Source: Eledone cirrhosa
Taxonomy: Eukaryota
NCBI GenBank assembly: GCA_964016885.1
Contig: OZ024741.1
Span: forward strand, 197,594,001-197,658,000
DNA: 64,000 nucleotides
Direction of reading: 5' to 3'
Within the stretch, counting starts at the first letter, position 1, and each line of letters starts with the position of its first letter. The position numbers and the translations under genes were made by a program. Below are positions 13,401 to 25,898 of this stretch, piece after piece. Under the pieces are notes generated by a model that worked only from the letters and a program-made list of their open reading frames with translations, had not been told where the DNA came from and searched no databases.

Positions 13401-14205
13401 CCAAATCTTGTCCTAGCCCGTCAGCATTCATTTCCTCAATGACCGTATCTTTGTTCCAGGCATTATTTATTTCAGCATTCAGATCATTGTCTGCTTCGTA
13501 TGCTTCCTCCGTTCTCTCAACCTCTTCACCTTCATTTCCCACTGGCTCGTTTGCCTGGCATACTCGACTCTCCATTTCCAATCTAATCTCTCTGCTGAGT
13601 TCCTCCAGTTCCAGCTCGCTTATCCATCCATTAGTTCTTATTACCCGAGCTTGCCCGGCCAATTTTTGTTCAACTAATTTAAATAGACTAATCTCGTTCC
13701 AGATGCTATGCATCCGTTTCCTATAGCCTTTTTCCTTGGGGTTACTCTTCAGGTAACATTGCATAACAGTTCTATTCAATTCTTTCGTCCAGTTGGATCT
13801 GGTCCCTTTCCTTCTTCTTCTTCCTCCGACACCAGCAGTATTTGGATGACAGCCAGATCCCTGCTGCTGGGCCAGGGAGCACCTGCTGGGTGAGAGTCTG
13901 TCACATGACATTCCAGTCTCCACTTCACCGTTATTCGAACTGTTTAGGTTCGACATTTAAACACTCATATCGAGGATTGGTGAATGTATGGTTACATAAC
14001 CACCCGTGATTTCATCACCCCTGGTGATTTTAGCGTGGCACTATCACGCTGTAGACGAACATAAATAAATAAACAAATAAATAGGTAAAAACCGAAAAAA
14101 ATAAGCATAAGTTTCATTGTAATGTAATGTTTGAATGTCTGACTTAGTTTTTTTTTTTGTTTGTTTGTTTTTCTTTTCTTTTTTCTTTTCTTTACGTTTT
14201 TCGTT
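10471..14205 (-). mobile_element. R4/Dong-clade non-LTR retrotransposon, near full length, frameshifted (subfamily B)
   Basis: Collinear ORFs 13270..13956, 12618..13217 (KSPGPDG), 11857..12591 (YRPITCL, DYKKAFD, GIFQGDSLSP, FMDD), 11055..11803 (CRIC) and 10547..11088 (RHD, RPDLVV..D, KxxxY: restriction-like endonuclease). Tail (TAA)n. Confidence 0.92.
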
Positions 14206-14775
14206 GCTGGTGTGCTGTTTTTATTTTTATTTTTGATTTTTTGAATTTTTGACCGGGTCATCGAATCAATTTATTTATATCTTTTGATGCCTTCCTCACT
14301 TAGTGGGAATACTACGATACCTCTGTCTTAGCAGGAGGTAGTGGGAGAGAATAGCGGCGGTAGCGATAATGAGGCAGTGGTGGTGGTGGTGATGTGCTAG
14401 TAGTACTGTAGTGATGGTGTTGAAGTTGAAGTAGAAATAGAAGTTGAAGTAACAGTTGGCTTGGCTAGATTGTTTTGGTGTGGTAGTGGTGATGGTGGCG
14501 GTGGTGGTGTTGGTGGTGAAATTATTTGCCTGTCTGTCCACATAGCCATTTTCCTCTTCTTTGACTATAACATTTCTGATCCAAAATTAAATATTAAATA
14601 TTGGGGCCCTATGTCATAATGTGATGCGTTGTTGCTTGCTGAGAGCAAAAACTGTAATCTTATGCTTCATTTTTAATAAGAATTACTCTATCACAGTTGT
14701 TTTAAATATGTAAAAATCAAAAACTTACGGGAGCGATTCCATAACGATATATCCACCATGTGCGTTTTTCTTCCC

Positions 14776-14825
<50 letters not shown>

Positions 14826-16410
14826 GTTATTGTTATTCCTTGAATCTCAGTCATTGATGTTGGTTAACTGGAAAGTCCGTTGGATTGAATATCAAGCCAC
14901 TACCTGCAGCCTCAGATATTCAGGACGTATCGGAGGGTTCTTGCTGTTCCAAGCAAGTATGCCTTTTGAAGCGTTCCAAAAAGCGTGAAGGGGCCGATTT
15001 TCTTTAACCATCCCTGGAAACCTTTGGAGATAGTCCCCAGTGCGCCTATGACAATCGGGATCACTTTGACTTCATGGCAGTTCCAAATCCTTTTCACCTC
15101 CCACTTTAGGTCCTGGTATCGGTTAATTTTCTCCCTCTCCTTCTCTTGCACTTTCGTGTCGAACGGGCAGGCCACATCCACAATCAGGCACGATCTTTTT
15201 TCTTTGTCCACAACCACCAGGTTCAAACAGCATCTTCTGGTTGTTGTCAAACATGCGGTTATGTCTATACTGACTGACTCTGCTCTCATATCGCCTAATG
15301 TTTGCACTCTTTGCTACAATGCTTTGCTTCAGTTCCTCTATGATAATATTTAGCTTTTTCCTCCTAGTTTTGTACTTTATTTCCAGTCTATTTTTAGTGT
15401 CTATGTTTTGTAATGTCCCATTCAGTAGAGACTCAAGCTTTCCAATGTCATTTCTCATTTCCCTGATTTGACCATCAGTCGTTTCTTCCACCAAGGTTCT
15501 GATATTTCTTGTTTGTTCTTTCCTCTCGCTTTTATGCCAAGTAATTTCCTTAGGTTCATAGGTTTCCCACTATCATTGTTCATTTCATCTACCACTAAGT
15601 TTAGGATATCAATCAAATCTTGTTCTAGCCCGTCAGCATTCATTTCCTCAATGGCCGTATCTTTGTCCCAGGTATTATTTATTTCAGCATTCAGATCATT
15701 GTCTGTTTCGTATGCTTCCTCCGTTCTCTCAACCTCTTCACCTTCATTTCCCACTGGGTCGTTTGCCAACTTAGTCCATCTGCTCAGTTCCTCCAGTTCC
15801 AGCTCGCTTATCCACCCAATAGTTCTTATTACCCGAGCCTGCCCGGCCCATTTTTGTTCATCTAATTTAAATAGACCAATCTCGTTCCAGATGTTATGCA
15901 TCCGTTTCCTATAGTCTTTTTCCTTGGGGTTACTCTTCACGTAACATTGCATAACAGTTCTATTCAATTCTTTCGTCCAGTTGGACCTGGTCCCTTTCCT
16001 TCTTCTTCTTCCTCCAACACCAGCAGTATTTGGATGACAGCCAGATCCCTGCTGCTGGGCCAGGGAGCACCAGCTGGGTGAGAGTCTGTCACATGACATT
16101 CCAGTCTCCACTTCACCGGTATTCGAACTGTTTAGCTTCGACATTTAAGCACTCATATCGAGGATTTGTGAATGTATGGTTACATAACTACCGGTGATTT
16201 CATCACCCCCAGTGATTTCATCACCCCCGGTGATTTTAGCGTTGCACCATCACGCTGTAGACGAACATAAATAAACAAACAAACAAATAGATAAAAACCT
16301 AAAAAACAAAATAAACACAATTTCATTGTAATGTTTGAATGTCTGACTTAATTTTTTTTTCCTCCCCCCCCCCCTCTGTTTGTTTGTCTTTCTCCTTTGC
16401 GTTTTTCGTT
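14826..16410 (-). mobile_element. Internally deleted Dong derivative (5' UTR and N-terminal ORF fused to RLE 3' end; RT removed), subfamily A 3' end
   Basis: 15223-16410 matches 12888-14205. 14826-15222 matches 21130-21525. Further small deletions near 15550 and 15770. (ATT)n at 14776-14825. Confidence 0.88.
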
Positions 16411-16587
16411 TTACAAGGCCAGTAACATAGGTTACTAGTGTTGTTGTTGCTGCTGCTGCTAAGGGGAGTAGGGGTTGTTGTGTTCAAAACTTTTGAAACT
16501 TGTGTCTGTTTTTGCGTTTGCTTCTGTCTGTGTTCTGTTCTATAATTTTTCGACTATAATTTTTTCTAAAATTTTTTTTTCTTTCCT

Positions 16588-16690
16588 TTCATCCCTACGG
16601 GGCCGACACCACAAATCACCTGTAACACACCGGGACAATTGCTGGCCCCGTGCCAAAAGCAGAAGCAATTATTATTATTATTATTATATT
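16588..16690 (+). mobile_element. Degenerate SINE family A 3' part with ATT tail
   Basis: ctttcatccctacggggccga...aattgctggccccgtgccaaaagcagaagcaattattatt. Confidence 0.7.
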
Positions 16691-17020
16691 ATAGTTTAGA
16701 TTTGACATCGTTTAAACTAAACATTTTGAGAGAGTTTAGAGATACAACAACATAATTATTTTGGTGTTGTTGTTGTTGTTTGCTGTTTGACCGAGTCACT
16801 AACCCAGTCTATTTATATCTTTTGATACCTTCCTCGCTTCTTTTCATGTGTAGCGGCACCACCACCCCTCTCTTAAGTAGTGAGGGAATAGTGGTGGTAG
16901 CGATGATGCAGTGGTGACGGTGGTGATGGGACAGCAGCACTATAGGGATGGTGCTGGTTTGTATTTGGTTAGATTTTTTGTAGTAGTGGTGATAGTGATG
17001 GTGGCGGCGGCGGATTATTA

Positions 17021-19836
17021 TAGATAGAGGAAAATAGAGTAGAGGGAGAGCGAGTCAGAAAGCTAGAAGAGGCGTTTAGGACAGGCATTGCAACCGACGT
17101 GCTTGTGGCGAGATTGGCACTCGGCCAATCCTTCAACGCAAAACACGAAGGCTGCGTTGTCAGAGCTAGAGCGCGTGCTCTGAAACACGAGGGTACATAA
17201 GCCGTCCAATGGGCCCGGGTGGCAGAGGCGCGACGTGGCAACAAAACCACAATTCGGTCATTTTCTGACCAAAACGGGTGCGTGATGCTCGAACCTGAGT
17301 AGATGTGGGAAGCTTTTCAGCAGCACTTTGCTGAACTGTTCGGGAGCAGCGGCAGCCCGGATCGGGGCATGGACTTCAGTGCATACCTCGACGGACTGCT
17401 TCGGCTCTCGACGACCGCAGCACAGTGTTGCAAAAAGCCAATAACAGCCGGTGAATTACGGGAAGCGATGGCTAACTGCAAAAGGGGTATATCGCTAGGT
17501 TTGGATTGTCTGCCCTACGAGCTTTATGCATTTATGCCAGACTTGTTCGGTGACCTCTTGGCAGACGTCTACTGCAACTGGCAGCAGAACGGGAGCATTC
17601 CCAGTTTTGTGAGCCGGGGAGCAGTGGCGCTGCTGCGAAAAGACCTGAACAAGGGAGATGTTATTGATAATTTCAGGCCCATAACCCTGCTAAACGCAGA
17701 GTTCAAGATTTTGGCCAAGATGTTAGCAACGAGGTTGGCACCTGTCGTCAAGGGTCTGGTGGGAGAGGCGCAGACATGCGCCATTCCGGACAGATCCATA
17801 CACGACAACCTCCACCTCATGCGATACATCATAGAGAAGGTGGTTAAGGAACCTGGCACGGGTGGGGCCCTGATCAACTTGGATCAATCCAAAGCATTCG
17901 ATAGGGTCGACCATCGGTTCCTGGCGGCGGTCCTCGAGGCAGCCGGTTTCGGGCCCGTTTTCAGGGGTTGGATCGCAGCAATGTACAGCGACATCTGCTC
18001 AGTTGTGAGGGTGTCACCTGTCGCAGCCGTTCAGCATCATGCGCTCAGTCCGCCAGGGTTGTCCCCTCTCGTCCCTCTTGTACGTATTGGCTCTCGAGTC
18101 GTTACTGCACAAACTGGGGGCGATGAGGGGTGTCCCACGCGAACGAGGATGCGGGAAATCCGAGTCGGCTTCCGCCGACGACATCACAATCGTGGTGTCG
18201 AGCACCAGATACGTCCAGATGCTCGGCACCGCTCTCAAGGAATATGAAGCGGTGACAGGAGCAAAGATGAACCAGGAAAAGTCGGTGGGCTTGCACCTCG
18301 GCACCTGGAGAGGCAAGTCCATGCCGTCCGACAGCGTCGTGGGGCGTTGGACGGACGGACCGGTTAAATTGCTCGGGGTCTGGTTCGGACCGGACCTCCA
18401 GATGGAGAAAAACTGGAACGAGGTGACGAGAAGGGTGGCCTCCCTCACCCAGAAATGGGCCGAGAGGAAGCTGTCCCTGAAAGACCGGGCGGAGGTGGCA
18501 AATGCGTACATCGCATCCGTCATCTGCTACCGCATCACCGTCGTCCCTTGCTCCAGCCCAACTCTCACCAAAATGGAGCGCCTCCTCTTCCGCTTTTTAT
18601 AGAAGGGACGCGCTCCCATGGTCAGACGATCCATCTGCTGTCAACACCCGTTTAGTGGAGGACTGGGCATGCCATGGCTGATGATGCGCAAACATGCGCT
18701 GAGGCTGCGACTCTATGGTGCTTCCTTGACGGTGAACAGGTGTGGTCGCCGTTCGCCAGGCACGTTTTCCCACAGCTCGTCTCCTTGACGGAGCTGCAGT
18801 CCTGGGTCAGAAAAAGACCGAGGGATAGCGCTTGGAAACTGGAATGTCTCCAGGCGCCCACTGCCCTCTGCCAGCTGGGCACCAGTAGCGGTGGAACATC
18901 CACCTCGGCGTGCTATAGAGGACTAGTGGAGGGGAAGAGCGACGACATTCTCGGAGAGATCCTGGGCGTTGAAGAAGATCAGCTGCTTGCTCTCTTCCGG
19001 AGAACTTTCAGCCCAGGGCCTATGGATAACTTCCAAAAATCCCTGGCCTGGCAGTGCTACCGGGGAGCGCTGCCGGTTCGAGATAAGCTCTACAGGCACG
19101 GAAGTGCCGTCAGCCGAGCCTATCCGAGATGCGCGCAGAGCGACGAAACCGTCGTGCACGCACTCGTTCAGTGCCCGAGCATTGCTGACTTGTGGAGCTA
19201 TGTCGAACAGTTGCTGTCGCGTGTAGGACTGATCCGGTTATCGACTGAGTCCATTGTGCAGATGGTCTCGCCGTCTTCCTTCACGGAGGAAGGGCAGGCG
19301 GTTTTCATCTGCCTGGTGGCCATGGCGAAAGAGATTGTGTGGTGGACAAGTTTGAAAGGGTTAAAGACAGACACTTTCCTCTTCGGCGAATCCCTAATTA
19401 AATGTTTCAAGTTTCACTTGAAGAGGAAAATCAGGGTGGAGAGGCAAGTGCTGCTTTCTAGCAAGTTTGTTGAAAGGTGGGTGAATGTAGCGAGAATGGT
19501 CCGAGTGAACGGGACCGCTCTGAATATACGTCTGTAGTTTGAGAAATGGAAAAATTGAGAGAGGGCGCTTGCCCTGGTGGTCAGGGTGGCCGTGGTCTTT
19601 CGTGTGGTTTTCGCCACGAGTAACCCTTGGAGGTCTCCTCCCTATTGGGGAATTTTTCATTGTTTCAATTTTCATTTTTATTGTTTATATATATGTTTCT
19701 ATGTCTTTTTTTTCTTTTCTTATATAAACAATAAAAATATTTACACGCACAAAACCCACATCGTACCGTCCTGTACCGTCGGGTGCCGTATGTAATGTTT
19801 TTCTTGATGTCAGCCCTTGTGGCCAATAAAGAAATC
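17021..19836 (+). mobile_element. L1/Tx1-clade LINE, 5'-truncated ORF2 (RT and zf-RVT) plus 3' UTR (subfamily X)
   Basis: ORFs 17303..18247 (NFRPITLLN, LDQSKAFDRV), 18039..18602 (RQGCPLS, ADDIT) and 18674..19537 (zf-RVT). Starts after attatta at 17014-17020 and ends in (ATT)n at 19837-19860. Confidence 0.93.
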
Positions 19837-19860
19837 ATTATTATTATTATTATTATTATT

Positions 19861-20247
19861 GTTCTTTCAGTCTCAGTCATTGATGTTAGTTAACTGGAAA
19901 GTTTGTTGAAATGAATATCAAGCCACTACCTGCAACCTCAGATATTCAGGACGTATCGTAGGGTTGTTGCTGTTCCCAGCAAGCATGCCTTTTGAAGCGT
20001 TCTAAAAAGCGTGGCGGGGCCAATTTTCTTTAACCATCCCTGGAAACTTTTTGAGATAGTACCTAGTGCGCCTATGACAATCGGGACCACTTTGACTTCA
20101 TGTCAGTTCCAAATCCTTTTTACCTCCCACTTTAAGTCCTGGTATCGGTTAATTTTCTCCCTCTCCTTCTCTTGCACTCTCGTGACGAATGGGCAGGCCA
20201 CATCCACAATCAGACACGATCATTTTTCCTTGTCCCAAACCACCAGG
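19861..20247 (-). mobile_element. Dong 3' fragment (subfamily B), 5'-truncated, between (ATT)n tracts
   Basis: Matches 10471-10855. (ATT)n at 19837-19860 and 20248-20271. Confidence 0.9.
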
Positions 20248-20271
20248 ATTATTATTATTATTATTATTATT

Positions 20272-21105
20272 AAAGTTGCATTTATCTTGCTTTATGTTCA
20301 TACGAGTTATCACCAAGTCACAACCAGTGACCTCAAGAGACAACAAGGTCCGCCATGTTCAAGAAAGAACATACATACTCACACATGCATCTTTAGTGTT
20401 TAGACTTGTGATGTTGTTATATTGACAGAATCTTCCTTAGTATATGGGCAGTTTCCATTAGTACTATCTTTTGTATTTCTCCTATACGCGGGTTTCCTGG
20501 GATTTGCGATAAGTAATCATTAGACCCCTTAGGTATCATTCCCAGAGCGCCTACAACCACTGGTATTGTTTTAGTTCTCAATTTCCACATTTTTCCAATT
20601 TCTATCTCCAGGTCCTTATACTTGCTCAATTTTTCAAATGTTTTTATAGATACATTCTTGTCTATTGGAACGGACATATCAATTAGTAGGCATACCCTCT
20701 TTTTAAAGTCCTTCAATATTATATCAGGTCTATTTGCATCTATTTTTCGGTCTGTTTGGATGCTAAAGTTCCACAAGATTGAGATGTGATCTTTTTCAAG
20801 TATGGGAGGTGGTTGATGCTCCCACCAATTCTTTTGATGGGGCAGGTCAAAATGCTTACACATTATCCAATGTATGTATTGTGCAGCTCTGTCATGCCTG
20901 TTTAGGTATTCGGTTGGAGCTATAGGACTGCACATTGAAATTATATGGTCTCTGGTTGTTTTTTGCATACACGGCATAATGCGCTGCATCCATTTTTTAT
21001 TATGTTGACTTGGTAATTTTTTGTTGGCAGACACTGATCTTGTGCTGATATAATCAGTCCTTCAGTCTCCGATTTCAGTCCAGAGGATGCCAACCACTGA
21101 TGGGT
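20272..21105 (-). mobile_element. Second R4/Dong-like family, 5'-truncated RLE end
   Basis: ORF 20417..21034: RHDRAAQYIHW...WNFSIQTDRKIDANRPDII...KLSKYKDL...PVVVGALG. Different 3' UTR from the Dong copies. (ATT)n on both sides. Confidence 0.9.
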
Positions 21106-21129
21106 TTATTATTATTATTATTATTATTG

Positions 21130-22655
21130 TTATTGTTATTCCTTGAATCTCAGTCATTGATGTTGGTTAACTGGAAAGTCCGTTGGATTGAATATCAAGC
21201 CACTACCTGCAGCCTCAGATATTCAGGACGTATCGGAGGGTTCTTGCCGTTCCAAGCAAGCATGCCTTTTGAAGCGTTCCAAAAAGCGTGAAGGGGCCGA
21301 TTTTCTTTAACCATCCCTGGAAACTTTTGGAGATTGTCCCCAGTGCGCCTATGACAATCGGGATCACTTTGACTTCATGGCAGTTCCAAATCCTTTTCAC
21401 CTCCCACTTTAGGTCCTGGTATCGGTTAATTTTCTCCCTCTCCTTCTCTTGCACTCTCGTGTCGAAAGGGCAGGCCACATCCACAATCAGGCACGATCTT
21501 TTTTCTTTGTCCACAACCACCAGGTCAGGTCTATTGTGTTCCAGTTTTTTGTCCGTCTGTATCCTAAAATCCCACAGCACCTTCACCTGATTGTTCTCCA
21601 TCACCGCCTCTGGCCTATGCTCATACCATTTCTCAGAATGTGGTAGATTGTTTACTTTGCACAGGTGCCAGTGGATCACCCTGCCCATCACATCGTGTCT
21701 CCAGCCCTTATAGTGGGTCTGGGCTAGGTGTTTACACTCGGACACAATGTGAGCCACAGTCTCCTCTCTCTCTCCACAGATCCTGCACAGTGGGCTAGCC
21801 TCCTCCTTGTAGATATGGTGCTTCAACCACTTCGTTTTGAGGGCCTGCTCCTGCGCAGCCATTAGCATTCCTTCTGTAGCCTTTTTGAGGTCTCCTCTTC
21901 TCAACCAGTTCCATGTCTGTGGATCTCTAAATTCAGTTTTCTCAAAGAAGGTACTATGAAGGGATTTTCCCTTAAGGCTGCTCTTCCTCCTTGATGTTAT
22001 TTCCTCCTTGGGTATCCCCTGGCCTACTGTCCCCTCCTTCAGTACAGCTCTGAGCATTGGCTCCTTACTATAGGTCACGTATTTGCATAGGTTGTTTTTC
22101 TCCATCTGAACACAGTCCTCTATGCTGATAAGACCTCTTCCACCCTCAGATCTCCTTAGGTAGAGTCTATCGACATCACTCCTCTTGTGGAACATGTTGT
22201 AGATAGTCAATAGCTTCCTAGTCTTCCAATCCATTTCTTTTTGTTCAGCAACATTCCATCTCAGAATTCCCGCACTGTACCTAATAATAGACACAGCTCG
22301 GGAATTTACTGCGCTTATGGCATTTCTGCTGTTCAGATGTGACTTCAATACGCTCCCTACTCTCCGAATGTATTCAGTTCTTAACAATTCCTTCATTTTT
22401 TTGTTCTTTATGCCATCAGCCTCCAGAACGCCCAAATACTTGTATCCTTCCTCAGAGTCAATTTCCTTTATCATCTCACCTGTTGGTATCTGGATCCCGT
22501 TACTTCTGCTCAACCTACCCCTCCTCATCACAATGACTCCACATTTACCAATACCAAACTGCATACATATATCACTGCTGAAAATACGGACAGTGTCAAC
22601 AAGCACATCCAACTCCTTCTCACTTTTCCCGAAGAGCTTAAGATCGTCCATGAAG

Positions 22656-22657
<2 letters not shown>
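21130..22657 (-). mobile_element. Dong element (subfamily A), 5'-truncated at FMDD, uninterrupted RT-thumb/CCHC/RLE ORF
   Basis: 478-aa open ORF 21215..22651. (ATT)n at 21106-21129 and 22658-22699. Confidence 0.93.
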
Positions 22658-22699
<42 letters not shown>

Positions 22700-22901
22700 G
22701 TTATAAAGAAGAAAACTATAATATTGTGAATTTATTCAATAAAATAATTTCATTTATTGTATGATAAAAAAACATACGGCGCTTGATGGTAACCGGGTGG
22801 GAGTTCGGTAAAAATGAGAATTGAGAACATCTAGATGAAAAGGAAAACATCTGAATGAAATCTCATATATATGCATATATATATATATATATATATATAT
22901 A

Positions 22902-23292
22902 CGAGGGTAATCCCAAAAGTAAGGTCTCCAAAGCGATGGGGACGCAGAGAAACTGTTCCTACGGCTGTTGGCAACACTGTTGTGATTGGTGCTACCTTCA
23001 CTAGCAAACAAGCATGCGCGCGTTTCGCTGGGATACTCAATCTTGGCTTGGCAGCCGTCGAGAATGGAGCTCCCGTTGAACGCTATCGCCAAGTTCGAAT
23101 TTCGGGCAGTTATTATATAGAGGGTAATCCCAAAAGTAAGGTCTCCTACCGAGGAAAACATTCGTAAAGATCGGCGGATCACTCTGGATGCTCTCTGCAT
23201 TTTTGTTCCTGAGGTTTCCCGAAGCACCATCCACAGGATTTTAACGGAAAAGGTGCAATATCGGAAGGAGACCTTACTTTTGGGATTGCCCT

Positions 23293-23294
<2 letters not shown>
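22902..23294 (+). mobile_element. Mariner (Tc1/mariner) internally deleted element in (TA)n
   Basis: 28-bp TIRs cgagggtaatcccaaaagtaaggtctcc (22902-22929) / ggagaccttacttttgggattgcccttg (23267-23294), TA flanks, and transposase HTH remnant EENIRKDRRITLDAL...SRSTIHRILTEKVQYRK. Confidence 0.9.
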
Positions 23295-23339
<45 letters not shown>

Positions 23340-23346
<7 letters not shown>

Positions 23347-23760
23347 TGCATATATAGTTTATTTTGCAATACACTGTATGCTTGAATACCTTACGCTATT
23401 GTTTTAAAGTAGTGACTATGTCACTTCTTTTTCCAACAAACAAAGGGAGATAAGCTGACAGATCTCTGTTTCATACTGTTGCTATTGCTCAGAGCTTAGC
23501 ACTCCCCTTGTTTGTTGAAAATTATGAATGTTGGATTCTCATAGAATTTCACTAATAATCAAGAACTGATTATACAGAGCGGTTGCCATTCCAGCAAAAA
23601 TTGAAAATTAGAATTGGTGCTCTGAAATAGCGATATATATATATGAATGTATATATAGTGTATTTTGCAATACACTGTATGCTTAATTAAAAGCATTTGG
23701 AATACCTTACGCTATTGTTTTAAAGTAGTGACTATGTCATTTCTATTTTCAACAAAGGGA
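23340..23760. repeat. ~100-bp direct duplication (23340-23440 / 23642-23760)
   Basis: tatgaatg.atatatagt.tattttgcaatacactgtatgctt...gaataccttacgctattgttttaaagtagtgactatgtca occurs twice. Confidence 0.85.
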
Positions 23761-24033
23761 TTATTACTGGAATTCTATAAGAATCCAACATTCATAATTC
23801 TTAAACTTTTAATTTATCAAACAAAATATTTCTTAAAAAAAAAAACATAAACGACAAATCTACTGTTTTTAACAGACCAACACCACCACCTCAAACACCA
23901 TTGTAAGCCTTGCCATGGTTGCCAACACTGAAAATATAATTAATAGCAGTCTCAATTATTTAGATTTGCCGCATAAAGACATGGATTTCCCGCCATTAAC
24001 TGCAGGTGTTAAAGCCTCCACCCCACCCCCACA

Positions 24034-25864
24034 ATGTCAAAAAGAACAACCAACACCACTGATACCACCACCACCACCACCACCACCACCACCACCACCA
24101 CCACCACCACCACCACCACCACCACAGCGAAAACAGAAACAAAAAATAAATTATTATCTCGTGACATCGAAATGGATTCACCCAGAATCGACTCTTCCAC
24201 GCCGAACACCACTGACATCACCACCAACACCACCACAACTGAAACTAAAAATAACAATAACAACAACAGCAACAACAACAATGAGAATAACAACAACATC
24301 AACACCAGCGCAAAACAAAATGTGTCATTTGCCAAAGCAGCCAAGAAAAGCGAAACAATCAAGGTAAGCCAAGATGAATTGAATGAAGCCAAGCGAATGG
24401 TAAAAAAAGATGGGTACAGGGTAGGTTTCACCCCCCCCCCCCCTCATATAATAAAAAAGAGCATCGGCGCCTATGCACCGTGTCATATCGGACGATAAAC
24501 ACAAAATAACGCCGAGTGGAACGGGCATCCGAGTCCCAGATACAAAAAGATTTGGGACATGTGTGGGCGAAAAAAGCCCACATCAGACGTGGGCAGAAAT
24601 ATGGAACCGTGGACGTGTTCTTTGGAACCCCACAGGAAGCCAGAGAGCAATCCATGGCCCCATTAAGAAGTGACGAGTTCACCCTCGTCCCAAGCTATTG
24701 TGGTCAGAGATTCGTGAAGATCAGGGTGACCCACGTTCCATCGGCCATCGAAATTCCCTGGCTAATGTCTGCCGTCCTCGCCGACATCGAGGTCAACACT
24801 AATATAATTGAGGTAACAAAAGTAAAGCAGGAGAACTGGTCCGGATCTGGGATGGAGCTCCTAATCCAAGCGGACAAAAACAACATTGAGGAAATTCCAG
24901 AGGTGATAGACCTCACTGACGGCAGCCACCTCACCGTAATCGTTGAGGGCAGAAGGCCTATGTGTGTCGTTTGTGGCGAAGGAACCCACCTAAAGGCTTT
25001 CTGCCCTCAGGCTAAAAAGTTGAGGCCACCTCTCCTACCAACCCCAGTGACTCAACCATCAAAACCACCAGCAGCAGAAATGGCAGCAACAACTGTAGCA
25101 GCAAGAACCCCAGCGACAGTAGCAAAACCAACACCACCACCACCCACCACGCCAGAATTAGCACCAGCGCCTCCACCATCCACCACGCCACAACCAAAAC
25201 CAACGCCTGTGGAGGATTTTCCATTGCCCGACCTATCGCAGCTGGAGACAGATTGTGACGACGAGGAGGTGGGAAACGGTATCAGGAAAAAAGAAAACAA
25301 AAAAAGAACCCCAAAAAGAAAAAATCCACTTTCTTCCCCCTCCAAAAACAAAATGCAGGGGGAAACAAATGAGCAGACAAACCAAAAAGTTAAAACAGCT
25401 ATGCCCGCCCCCTCCCACCAGCATCACCAGCCCCATCACCACAAACACCAACACCATCACCATCATTAACTCCAACACCACCTTCACCAATACCACAAAA
25501 ATCACCAAAAAGCGAAACAGAAACAAACCCACAACAAACGCAAACAAGACAAAACAACCAAAACGATACACACTACACAGCATTACATTTGAACAACAAC
25601 CAATTATTACACTACATCCAACACAACACCAGCATCACAGAAAAAGACTACACAACAACCCAAAAGTTCACACCACCTCCACACATACAAATCACTCGCA
25701 TCACACAGAAAACGTACACGACACTAAAACAAAAATTCCCCAAAGACATCGGAGACTTCCGACAAACACTCTCCAGGAGGATTTATAAGGACATCCTTCC
25801 GAAGGAGGCCACAAGCAGTGAAAAGGATGGAGAAAACATCCTTCCTCAACGAGAAGTAAGGTAA
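24034..25864 (+). pseudogene. Tx1 ORF1 (gag-like, CCHC zinc knuckle, low-complexity T/N/P/H tracts)
   Basis: 24516..25469 contains VEGRRPMCVVCGEGTHLKAFC (CX2CX4HX4C). Broken at poly-C 24431-24442 and near 25470-25590. Confidence 0.8.
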
Positions 25865-25898
25865 GTGGTCTTTCCCATCTTTTCCACTCTTTTTCAAC

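Noticed and set aside
23915-24367. Poly-proline formin/WASP-like ORF
   Set aside because: Alternative frame of the (ACC)n tract in the Tx1 ORF1 region.
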